Shown: positions 7,228 through 15,714 of the stretch, piece by piece | Position numbering within the stretch: position 1 is the first letter of the stretch | Layout: every line of letters begins with the position of its first letter | DNA from: a virus | Lineage: Duplodnaviria; Heunggongvirae; Uroviricota; Caudoviricetes | DNA length: 31,529 bases | Reading direction: 5' to 3' (one strand) | Virus record (IMG/VR): IMGVR_UViG_3300033077_000655 | Notes under the pieces: generated by a model | Told to the model about the DNA's origin: nothing | Databases searched by the model: none | The model's input: the letters and a program-made list of their open reading frames with translations, nothing else | Made by a program: the position numbers and the translations under genes

Positions 7228-7892
7228 ACGTTCGATTACTCAGTCACAGCACACCAACGGCCGAATTTGCAAGCCAGGGCATCACTGATGCTCAAGAACT
7301 AGTGGCATATTGTGCCCGTGTATCTAATCCAAGCAATCAGCTTAACACTGACACTAGTGAAAAACTCATCCGATATCTTGTCAAACATCAACACTGGAGC
7401 CCACTTGAAATGGTGTCTGCTTGTATTGAGATTACCACAACAAGAGACATTGCAAGACAAATCTTGCGTCATCGCAGCTTCAGCTTTCAAGAATTCAGCC
7501 AACGCTACGCTGATCCAACAAAAGATTTAGACTTTGTGCTACGTGCAGCCAGACTTCAGGACACAAAGAACAGACAAAATAGCATTGAGACCAATGACGA
7601 AGATTTAGCATTGTGGTGGGATGGTGCTCAACAAGAAGTTATTGATTTGGTTCGTAAGCACTATACTCGTGCTGTTGAACGTGGTATTGCTAAAGAACAA
7701 GCTCGGGCCATCCTACCTGAAGGTAATACAGTCAGCAGACTGTATATGAATGGTACATTACGCAGCTGGATTCACTTTATTGAATTGCGTAGTGCCAATG
7801 GTACACAAAAAGAACACCAAGCAGTAGCCTTGGCTTGTGCTCAAGTTATTGCTGAAATCTTTCCAATGGGCTCAGATTTAGTAGGTCACTAA
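7224..7892 (+). CDS. thyX: FAD-dependent thymidylate synthase
   Basis: ThyX signature RHRSFSFQEFSQRY, plus ARVS, HWSPLE, EQARAILP, NGTLRSWIHFIELR and TQKEH. Confidence 0.96.
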   Translation: MNVRLLSHSTPTAEFASQGITDAQELVAYCARVSNPSNQLNTDTSEKLIRYLVKHQHWSPLEMVSACIEITTTRDIARQILRHRSFSFQEFSQRYADPTKDLDFVLRAARLQDTKNRQNSIETNDEDLALWWDGAQQEVIDLVRKHYTRAVERGIAKEQARAILPEGNTVSRLYMNGTLRSWIHFIELRSANGTQKEHQAVALACAQVIAEIFPMGSDLVGH

Positions 7893-7901
7893 ATAAGGAA
7901 C

Positions 7902-9416
7902 ATGATTAATAAAAAAATTCTTTGCATAGGAAACGAAACTGAACACAGCGATCAACTGGTATCAGCCCTTGCAACAAAAGAGTTAACTACTAATCATGGG
8001 TTAGTTTCCTCAAGTACATTCTGTCCAACACATGCCGGGTATTATCATACCAGCATTGCCGATATTGCAGCAGGCGCTATTGTTCAAGGTCTAGTCAAAC
8101 ACTTTGATCAGATCATAATGCTTGATCAAGATGTTGATTCTTACCCGCATTTTAAATCTTTTGTGAACACGTTCAGGCTCATGATAGAATTAGAAAAGAA
8201 AGAGTTCAACACAGACTTTAGAAATAACACCGGCAACAAAACTATCATGTATTGGTATAATTTATTAAACACCAATAAGAGCATGTGTGCGTATCCTTTT
8301 ATAGGTTTACAAAATGATTACGGGTGGGTCAACTTGTGTCAGAAAAACCCTAAACCATTGACCAAATTAGAATCAATTGTAGATTGGCCCACTGCTCCGG
8401 GATTCACTCCTATTAGAAATAACATGATAGCCGGTATACCAATGCCGGACAATTGCAATATTTGTTATCAGCGAGAAGAACTCAGTGGTGAATCTGCTAG
8501 ACAATTTGAATCACTTGAATGGTTCATACGATTGAGACTAAACAGTGTAGAAGATTTAAAAAGTATAAAAAATCCTGTCTATCTCGAAGTTCGTCCCAGC
8601 AACAAATGTAATATCATGTGCCGCATGTGTGATGGCAGATCTAGTCATTTAATACAAAAAGAAAATAAAAAATTTGGTTTTCCGTTAGTCTCGGACCAGT
8701 ATCATATGCAAGGTACAGTACCTTATGACAAGATAAATTTTGATACACTACAACGTATACATTGGTCCGGCGGTGAAGCAACTGTACAACCTGAATTTTA
8801 CGCATTCTTAAAGAAATGTATCAAAGAAAAACAAACCAGTTTTGATCTCAGCATCGGCACAAATGGGAAAAAAATCAGCGATACATTACTGGATCTACTG
8901 GACCAGTTTCCAAGTGTGACTTTTAGTGTGAGTTTTGATGGTTATAAAAAAGTAAATGACTACATCAGATGGGGCACAGACTTTGACTCTCTAAGAGAAA
9001 ATTGCTATCGCATACTGGAGAAAGGTCACACTTTGGCATTTCAAACAGTGTTTAGCATGTACAATGCCACACGTATTCATGAGATTTACGAATTTTATGA
9101 TCAAGATTTTCCTGGGCAAAATGCACTAGTGCAACCTGCTGGTATGTTTGACGAATACCTTGGTCCGTGGCATCATCCATTAAGACAACAAGTATTAGAG
9201 TCAATGTATCGTTGCAAAGACACACAAGTGTATTACAACAGCGGACGCAACACCAATAACTTGGTAGACGAAGTTATAGATCGTTACAACACATATGATT
9301 ACAATCCTGCTATATTGAAACAATTTTTCCATTACAATGATAATTTAGATCGAGCAAGAAATAGTCGGGCAGGTGACTATATTCCTGAATTAGAACAAGC
9401 CAGAAAATATTGTTAA
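7902..9416 (+). CDS. Radical SAM protein with N-terminal unknown domain and N-terminal twitch/SPASM-like Cys domain
   Basis: CNIMCRMC (CxxxCxxC), WSGGEA, TNG. Upstream Cys motifs CAYPF-x12-C and CNIC. An extra ~125-aa N-terminal domain begins KKILCIGNE. AAGGA RBS. Confidence 0.9.
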   Translation: MINKKILCIGNETEHSDQLVSALATKELTTNHGLVSSSTFCPTHAGYYHTSIADIAAGAIVQGLVKHFDQIIMLDQDVDSYPHFKSFVNTFRLMIELEKKEFNTDFRNNTGNKTIMYWYNLLNTNKSMCAYPFIGLQNDYGWVNLCQKNPKPLTKLESIVDWPTAPGFTPIRNNMIAGIPMPDNCNICYQREELSGESARQFESLEWFIRLRLNSVEDLKSIKNPVYLEVRPSNKCNIMCRMCDGRSSHLIQKENKKFGFPLVSDQYHMQGTVPYDKINFDTLQRIHWSGGEATVQPEFYAFLKKCIKEKQTSFDLSIGTNGKKISDTLLDLLDQFPSVTFSVSFDGYKKVNDYIRWGTDFDSLRENCYRILEKGHTLAFQTVFSMYNATRIHEIYEFYDQDFPGQNALVQPAGMFDEYLGPWHHPLRQQVLESMYRCKDTQVYYNSGRNTNNLVDEVIDRYNTYDYNPAILKQFFHYNDNLDRARNSRAGDYIPELEQARKYC

Positions 9417-9431
9417 TAGCAGCCAATCTAG

Positions 9432-9460
9432 TTGCAGACTAGTACACACCGTGCTATACT
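9432..9460 (+). promoter_or_regulatory. Sigma70-like promoter, likely producing a leaderless mRNA
   Basis: TTGCAG (9432-9437), 17 bp, TATACT (9455-9460). ATG9466 begins after only 5 intervening nt and has no SD. Confidence 0.55.
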
Positions 9461-9465
9461 AGCAC

Positions 9466-9804
9466 ATGGACATTTTACGTGATTTAGATCGAGAACACCA
9501 AAAACATAGTAGACCCAGAGAAACCAAAATAATTGATGGTTCTGCGGTGACATTTTCTGACATGGTGGTACATCGATTCCGTATGGGAGACGTAGAGGAT
9601 CCGGTGTTGTATGCTGCCGAACCCATATGTCAATGGCAACAAACCGAAGCTGGAAAATTTGTAATGGAAAATGCTATAGAATCACCCTGGTGGGTGCGTC
9701 ATGTAGATCCGACCTCGTATGGATTTGAGTTTGCAATTATAGCGCGGATGAAAGAATCTGACCAAACTTTTTACACATTGAAATATGTTAACACCCAAAG
9801 TTGA
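9466..9804 (+). CDS. Hypothetical protein, 112 aa
   Basis: Clean ORF; GDVEDP motif; C-terminus ESDQTFYTLKY. Confidence 0.75.
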   Translation: MDILRDLDREHQKHSRPRETKIIDGSAVTFSDMVVHRFRMGDVEDPVLYAAEPICQWQQTEAGKFVMENAIESPWWVRHVDPTSYGFEFAIIARMKESDQTFYTLKYVNTQS

Positions 9805-10063
9805 ATTCATAGATGAACAAGACATAGTTTTGCCACCTCCGGTACGCAAGCAAATATGGAATGGTACCAAGTTTGTTCCGTTCTTGCTGTATCGTAGAAA
9901 AGGTGCTCCTGATAATGAACGAAGAGAATGGTTATGGAATACGTATGGAGGTCCAGGTGTGTACAAATATGGAAGTCATTGGGATTATTCAGATATCTTC
10001 GACGTTACATACATGGACGATAAAGTCTATATGTTTTACACAATGAAATGGGGAGCAAAATGA
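9785..10063 (+). CDS. Hypothetical protein, 92 aa
   Basis: Overlaps upstream by 20 bp and couples to the SDR through ATGA; C-terminus DDKVYMFYTMKWG. Confidence 0.7.
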   Translation: MLTPKVEFIDEQDIVLPPPVRKQIWNGTKFVPFLLYRRKGAPDNERREWLWNTYGGPGVYKYGSHWDYSDIFDVTYMDDKVYMFYTMKWGAK

Positions 10064-11037
10064 AAATATTAGTCACAGGCGGACTTGGATTGATCGGGCA
10101 CAATGTGGTCAAACGACTACAGGCACAATCACACACAGTATCCGTGATTGACAATCGCACCACATACGGAATGATTCCACAGTCTGAACTTGATTATTTG
10201 ATCGGTGAAAGACTGAAGAAAATAAAGCTATCACCATCACACTTGTATACCCGAGATATCTGTAATAGAGAATCCATCGACGACATATTTGAAATTGAGC
10301 AGCCCAATGTAGTGATTCATATGGCGTCATTTCCACGGCAGAAAGTTGTGAATGCTGACCCTGCATGGGGTTCCAGGGTCATGATGGAAGGATTGATCAA
10401 TGTGCTTGAGAGCGCCAAAAAGCATCATGTGAATCGAGTTGTGTATATTTCCAGCTCAATGGTATACGGTGACTTTGTGGATGATGTTGCTGAGGATGCT
10501 GTATGTAGGCCACAGGGACAATATGGAATTATGAAACTTGCAGGAGAACACCTTGTTAAAGACTATACTCGTAGGAGATGTTTTGATCATGTTATACTTA
10601 GGCCTAGTGCTGTATATGGTCCCTTGGACGTGGAAGACCGTGTGGTATCAAAATTCATGCTCACAGCAATGCGCGGCGGAGTGCTCCGAGTTAACGGATC
10701 AAGCGAAACACTAGACTTCACTTATGTGGATGATGCTGCTGATGGTGTAGTAGCTGCTGCACTTGTGCCTGCTGCTACCAATCAAACGTTCAACATTACA
10801 AAAAGCCACAGCGTGAGCTTGTTAGAAGCTGCCAGGATGATTATTGAGATTGTGGGCAAAGGTTCAATTGAATTGCGTGACAAAGATGCAGACTTTCCAT
10901 CACGTGGTGCATTAAACATTGATCGTGCTAGAGCAGTATTGGGATACAATCCTCAAGTTGATGTTGAAGAAGGTTTTGAGAATTACTATGGCTGGTTGAG
11001 TAAATCAAGTTATTTTACAGAACAATTATCAAAGTGA
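10060..11037 (+). CDS. NAD-dependent NDP-sugar epimerase/dehydratase (extended SDR) (start moved from 10048)
   Basis: MKILVTGGLGLIG (GxxGxxG), SSSMVYG, YGIMK (YxxxK), LRPSAVYGP, DFTYVDD. ATG10060 overlaps the upstream TGA and has GGAG upstream. Confidence 0.93.
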   Translation: MKILVTGGLGLIGHNVVKRLQAQSHTVSVIDNRTTYGMIPQSELDYLIGERLKKIKLSPSHLYTRDICNRESIDDIFEIEQPNVVIHMASFPRQKVVNADPAWGSRVMMEGLINVLESAKKHHVNRVVYISSSMVYGDFVDDVAEDAVCRPQGQYGIMKLAGEHLVKDYTRRRCFDHVILRPSAVYGPLDVEDRVVSKFMLTAMRGGVLRVNGSSETLDFTYVDDAADGVVAAALVPAATNQTFNITKSHSVSLLEAARMIIEIVGKGSIELRDKDADFPSRGALNIDRARAVLGYNPQVDVEEGFENYYGWLSKSSYFTEQLSK

Positions 11038-11690
11038 TATCGTTTCATATTACTTACTCCTCCAGTTTTTCCGCAATTTGGGCAAACAACTAATTGTTGC
11101 GGGCCTGGAGGATTCTTACGAGGACCACGTGGTCCTTTTAGTTTTGCTTTGCGGGCGTCTGCCTCGGCGCCATATTTTTCTTTATATGTTATTCCCTGTA
11201 ATGGATGAGACCCAGACAAATATTTCTTTTTCATTGTGTTAGATTGTTTAATTTTTGCTGATTCGGAATGTTTGTATCCAGCACGAGATTCCCTCCACTT
11301 TTCAATAGTTTCTGCTGATCTTATTTTTCCTTCTGCATATTTGTTTCCTCTATTAAAGTTACTTCGAGCAATACTGGCAGATTTTTTCATTATTTCATAT
11401 TGTTTTGATGTAGGTCTATGTCTTTGTTGATGGTTATTTGTTGCATTAAACGAGTTAAATGCATAAAACATTTTCCATTGGAATTTACCTATGGGCAACA
11501 TCTTAGTCAATAACCAATGGCATATAAAATGTTCTCTTGCGGTAAGTGCTACAAGATTAGATGCATCGTTTAAACCACCTAGTGATTTAGGAATAATATG
11601 ATGTCTTTCAAAATAACCAACCATTGTCCTTGCTTTTGCTCGATCAACTATGTTATAATAGCATTGAGTATATTTGTTCTGTAAATACAT
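11010..11690 (-). CDS. Free-standing HNH homing endonuclease with NUMOD3-like repeats and a C-terminal Cys/His finger (start moved from TTG11705 to ATG11690)
   Basis: ERHHIIPKSLGGLNDASNLVALTAREHFICH; basic repeats RSAETIEKW and HSESAKIKQS; terminal CPNCG...RYHFDNC. Confidence 0.88.
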   Translation of the reverse strand: MYLQNKYTQCYYNIVDRAKARTMVGYFERHHIIPKSLGGLNDASNLVALTAREHFICHWLLTKMLPIGKFQWKMFYAFNSFNATNNHQQRHRPTSKQYEIMKKSASIARSNFNRGNKYAEGKIRSAETIEKWRESRAGYKHSESAKIKQSNTMKKKYLSGSHPLQGITYKEKYGAEADARKAKLKGPRGPRKNPPGPQQLVVCPNCGKTGGVSNMKRYHFDNCSVK

Positions 11691-11695
11691 AATGT

Positions 11696-11702
11696 TATTT
11701 AT
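11696..11702 (-). promoter_or_regulatory. T4-late-like promoter candidate ATAAATA for the HNH gene
   Basis: The minus strand reads GATAAATAACATTATG: ATAAATA lies 5 nt before ATG11690. Confidence 0.4.
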
Positions 11703-11728
11703 CAATCATTCCGTTTATTGGCTATTAA

Positions 11729-12814
11729 ATGTCTAATCTTACCATTCTCTTTACTGGGCTCCAAAGACAGTATAACAATCTCCGTGAGGAGATCTTGGAT
11801 GCAACTGACATAGTGTTGCGTTCAGGAAATCTCATGGATGGCAACTACACTGCTGAGTTTGAGTCGTGGCTGGCCAAGAAGAATCGTAATGTACATGCAG
11901 TAACCTGCCATTCAGGAACACAGGCGCTGGAGATCATTGCCAGTTACTGTGCTGATAACATTCGTGATGCAGGCAAGACTCCCACAGTATTGGTTCCAGC
12001 CATGACATACCCTGCCACTGCCAATGCATTCATGCGAGCAGGATGGCAAGTGGAGATTGTGGATACTAACACATATGGATGTATGGATCCTGCATTGATC
12101 CGGGATGATCACACTCGCAGTTATGATGCTATCTGTGTGGTAGGCCTATACGGTGCTGCACTAACGCACAAATGGTATGATATGACTGATTGTTTGATTG
12201 AGGATGGTGCGCAGCATTGGCTGTCTGACAACTGCAACCGACAAGCCCCTTTTACTGCCATCAGTTTTGATCCTACCAAAAATCTCTCCAACTACGGCAA
12301 TGGTGGCGCAGTGGTTACTTCAGATTTGTATTTGGCTGAATATGCTCGTAATTGGTGCAACAACGGTAAAGCTGGTGGGCATGCTGTTGCAGGTACAAAC
12401 AGTCGCATGAGTGAGATTGACTGTGCGCAGATGATGGTTAAAACTCAGCATCTAGATGCTTGGCAACTGCGCCGAAGTCAGATAGCAAGATACTGGATGG
12501 CTAGGCTTGAAGAAAAATCCATCCGATGCTTGATTGATGCTACCAACTTTAAGGGCCATGCGTTACAGAAGTTTGTGATCGAAGTAGACAATCAAAGCGA
12601 ATTGCAACAACGACTTGCTGCTGGTCAAATTGAAACTAAAATACACTACAAGAATCCTTTGCATGAACTAACTGCATATCAAGATTGTAAAGGACCTAAC
12701 TTGCTGAGTGTGAGTTCAAGTCTAGCACGTCGCTGTGTCTCATTGCCATTCTATCCTGAACTCACTGACCTGGAAACTGACTATATCATTGATTCGGTGT
12801 TAGCTGCCGTTTGA
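11729..12814 (+). CDS. DegT/DnrJ/EryC1/StrS-family PLP-dependent sugar aminotransferase
   Basis: HSGTQALEI, VPAMTYPATANA, VVGLYG, LIEDGAQ, SFDPTKNL (Schiff-base Lys), GGAVVT, NSRMSEID, SLPFYPEL. Confidence 0.93.
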   Translation: MSNLTILFTGLQRQYNNLREEILDATDIVLRSGNLMDGNYTAEFESWLAKKNRNVHAVTCHSGTQALEIIASYCADNIRDAGKTPTVLVPAMTYPATANAFMRAGWQVEIVDTNTYGCMDPALIRDDHTRSYDAICVVGLYGAALTHKWYDMTDCLIEDGAQHWLSDNCNRQAPFTAISFDPTKNLSNYGNGGAVVTSDLYLAEYARNWCNNGKAGGHAVAGTNSRMSEIDCAQMMVKTQHLDAWQLRRSQIARYWMARLEEKSIRCLIDATNFKGHALQKFVIEVDNQSELQQRLAAGQIETKIHYKNPLHELTAYQDCKGPNLLSVSSSLARRCVSLPFYPELTDLETDYIIDSVLAAV

Positions 12815-14591
12815 AGAACGCATAGCTGGCCAACCACTCCCATTCGTAGCTTTTCTTTAGTTGATCAAAGTCACCGCCTACTTCATCATAGTAGTCTAGG
12901 GCATCTTGTGCGCCTGCTGCACTTAGTTCACTGCGGGTGTGTTGATTTGGTGTTAGCCATTGCTGTATACGATATTCATTTTCCACATCAGGCAAGCTGG
13001 CTCTCAACTTCAACACTTCTCTAAAGGCTGTACGCCAAGTGCTCCAATCCGATGTGTTATAAGCAGCTATTCCACTCACAATAGGAACCACTTCGTGCGG
13101 TGAATCTAGTGTAAAGTCTAATCCAACGCCTGGGTTATCCAATACCAATTGCCGATTGTATGCAATCATGGCCTGATGTCCGTATGTCAATTCATTGCAT
13201 AGATTTCGAGCATGGAAGATATAGTGCTTGGCTTCTTGCATACGATCAGGTTGCCATGAAAAGTCAAAATCAATATCCACTTCCAGTTTGGCAAACACAG
13301 CAAAGAACCAAGGTGTTGTACTGACTCTTGCTGCTGCATGATATGCTGCTGCACGGCCGTTGATACTGTCTACTCGTACAAGTCGATTTTCTTTGGGCAA
13401 TAAAATCAAACGCTTGAGATTGTGTTCAGCGTTGGATTCTCCGTTGGAGATGAATACAATATCCATGAGTGGATCTTTCAGCATTAACTGTGTTTTGTCA
13501 ATGTATGGATAATCATACAATTGTGTTTTTATGTATGGTATGGCAGACTTTGGAACAACTACACTGCTGGCTCCTGGATTCAGCGGAACTATAGTCTTGG
13601 TTTGCTCTCTCCAAAGTGGCACAGTAACCAAGTTGGTACTTAGATAGTCTGAATTGGTAAACACTGCTAACGGTCCTGCAAAATCTTTAGTTTTAACTGC
13701 ATCAATGTGACAGTCCTGATCATGTTGGACCACAGGCATGGGTCTACGTGGTATTGAGGTATTGATAAAATTGCAATCATACCATTCTAACAGTGCAAAT
13801 TGTTCTGCTCTATTTGCAAAAGTTGGAACATGCATAAAGAATGTGTCACCAAACTTTTGATCGTCGCTGGCAAATACATGTAGCATACCAGCTTGCCATT
13901 GTTCAGGATGCCACGAAAAATCAAAGTTACTATAGTCGCAGATGCTACTGCATATCCATATAAACTCATATTTAGACCCAATGCTTTTTGCTATGCGTAT
14001 AAGAGTATCTCTATAGTTGTCAAAATATCGCACACGCCGTGTGGTGTTGGGTATTTGACCAACTGCTCCATCTAAATGATCAATTTCATAAATGGCAGTA
14101 GCCACACGATCAGTGTGTATTTTTATTTGATCTACAAATTTGATATCTGTTGCACCTGCCACACGATATTGTGGACCGCCGGTGCGTTGATGTTGTGTAC
14201 CAAATTGATATATGTAAGCCGGCTCTGTTGTGTCTGGATGCCAAGACCAATCAAATGATTGTGTATCTACTCCTGCAGGAACAGTCCAATGTGTATGGTC
14301 ATCGAGACGTTGTAGCACGGGTGCAGAACAATAATTTGTATCAGTATAGCCTATCTTAGGCACAAGATATGTGCCTGAATCTTTTTGCCATTGACTGGGC
14401 CACACATGTCTTTGATGAGATTGCCATGGCACTGGTTCATAAAGGAAATCAAACCCTGTGTAATCCACTAAGTATGACACCATCCAGAAGAATCTAGTAC
14501 GTGATAACTCCTGCGCTTGCTCAATTGACTCTACTGATTGTTCATGCAAGAACAATCCTGGTTTGGTTCCAATATAAAATATATCAAACAT
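12786..14591 (-). CDS. 601-aa protein built from repeated, degenerate GT-A-like modules
   Basis: Four FD(F/W)x(W/Y)xP modules. The last ~220 aa are clearly paralogous to 28890..29822 (RVDSINGRAAAYHAAARVSTT vs RVDGVKGSDAAHKAAADASTT; TWRTAFRE vs AWRAGFRE). Confidence 0.8.
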   Translation of the reverse strand: MFDIFYIGTKPGLFLHEQSVESIEQAQELSRTRFFWMVSYLVDYTGFDFLYEPVPWQSHQRHVWPSQWQKDSGTYLVPKIGYTDTNYCSAPVLQRLDDHTHWTVPAGVDTQSFDWSWHPDTTEPAYIYQFGTQHQRTGGPQYRVAGATDIKFVDQIKIHTDRVATAIYEIDHLDGAVGQIPNTTRRVRYFDNYRDTLIRIAKSIGSKYEFIWICSSICDYSNFDFSWHPEQWQAGMLHVFASDDQKFGDTFFMHVPTFANRAEQFALLEWYDCNFINTSIPRRPMPVVQHDQDCHIDAVKTKDFAGPLAVFTNSDYLSTNLVTVPLWREQTKTIVPLNPGASSVVVPKSAIPYIKTQLYDYPYIDKTQLMLKDPLMDIVFISNGESNAEHNLKRLILLPKENRLVRVDSINGRAAAYHAAARVSTTPWFFAVFAKLEVDIDFDFSWQPDRMQEAKHYIFHARNLCNELTYGHQAMIAYNRQLVLDNPGVGLDFTLDSPHEVVPIVSGIAAYNTSDWSTWRTAFREVLKLRASLPDVENEYRIQQWLTPNQHTRSELSAAGAQDALDYYDEVGGDFDQLKKSYEWEWLASYAFFKRQLTPNQ

Positions 14592-15714
14592 GATTAGAAT
14601 TGACGAAATTTACGAAAATACATTTTTGTCGTGGGTTAAACAAAATTTACCTAATACAGCCATCTACTATCACGATACGTTTGGCCGCAGCGACCCCGAA
14701 AGCATATTATGTAGAAGTTTTAGTACAGCAAAAGACGAAACTAGTTTCATTTATTTCTTTGATCAAGAACCGTTAATCTTGGGGTATCATCAATCCACTT
14801 TTGATAGCGTTAAAGAATGTAACATGATAACTAATGAATATGGCAATAGAGTGAGAAAAAAGGGCATTGTTGTGGTCAGTGAAACTGCCAGTGACAACAT
14901 GGATTATATATGTAAACAACAAGAATTGCAACCTTTTTATTATTTCTTTCATGGGTGGGCTGTACTAGATTGGTATCGAGGATATAATCGAACTTTTTTA
15001 ATAACTCCCTGGCAACAGAGACAAATTAAAAAAACGTTCTTTAGTGCAAATCGAATCATTGGCGGACTTAGACAGCATCGAGTATTGATGTTGTATCATT
15101 TTGAAAAACTAGGCCTTATGCATAATTGGATAAGTGCTAGTGCAATATGTCCAGCTGAACATATCGATATCAAAGAGATTGCTAATCATTACGTCAACCA
15201 GTATCCTGACATTGTTGATGTTATTAGCAAGATAGATCTACCCAAACTATTCCCCGGTGAGGACACGCCTCGAATGAGTAGTTGTTGGTTAGATCAATTT
15301 GAACTCTGCGCTGAAAGTTTGGTGTATCATGTGACAGAAACTGTGTATACCGGACGCAGATTACAGCTTACAGAAAAAACATTCAAACCCATAGCACTAG
15401 GTATGCCATTTGTACTCACAGCCACGGCAGGCAGTTTAGAATATCTTCGCAGTTATGGGTTTAAAACATTTGGAAATTTTTGGGACGAAAGTTATGATCT
15501 TGAAATTGACGATTTTGCCCGAGCTGAAAAAGTAGCTGCGGTATTGAAAAAATTAGATGACTTATCTACCTCTGCAAAACAAGAATTATTCGAAGCATGT
15601 TGGCCAATCATTGAACACAATTGGAACTGGTTCTATCAAGGTAACTTTGAATCTGTATTGTGGCAAGAACTGTCAGACATGTTGTATTCAATCAAATTAT
15701 ATTTGGCCCCATGA
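14590..15714 (+). CDS. Putative glycosyltransferase, GT10/GT-B-like paralogue 1
   Basis: HVTETVY...LTEKTFKPIALGMPF...LRSYGFKTF...DESYD resembles the FEN...TEK donor-binding motif of GT10 fucosyltransferases (inference). Confidence 0.6.
   Translation: MIRIDEIYENTFLSWVKQNLPNTAIYYHDTFGRSDPESILCRSFSTAKDETSFIYFFDQEPLILGYHQSTFDSVKECNMITNEYGNRVRKKGIVVVSETASDNMDYICKQQELQPFYYFFHGWAVLDWYRGYNRTFLITPWQQRQIKKTFFSANRIIGGLRQHRVLMLYHFEKLGLMHNWISASAICPAEHIDIKEIANHYVNQYPDIVDVISKIDLPKLFPGEDTPRMSSCWLDQFELCAESLVYHVTETVYTGRRLQLTEKTFKPIALGMPFVLTATAGSLEYLRSYGFKTFGNFWDESYDLEIDDFARAEKVAAVLKKLDDLSTSAKQELFEACWPIIEHNWNWFYQGNFESVLWQELSDMLYSIKLYLAP

Noticed and set aside
7224-7892. Intron or intein in thyX, suspected because an HNH gene is nearby
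   Set aside because: thyX is a continuous 222-aa ORF with all motifs in order, and the HNH gene is 3 kb away and free-standing.
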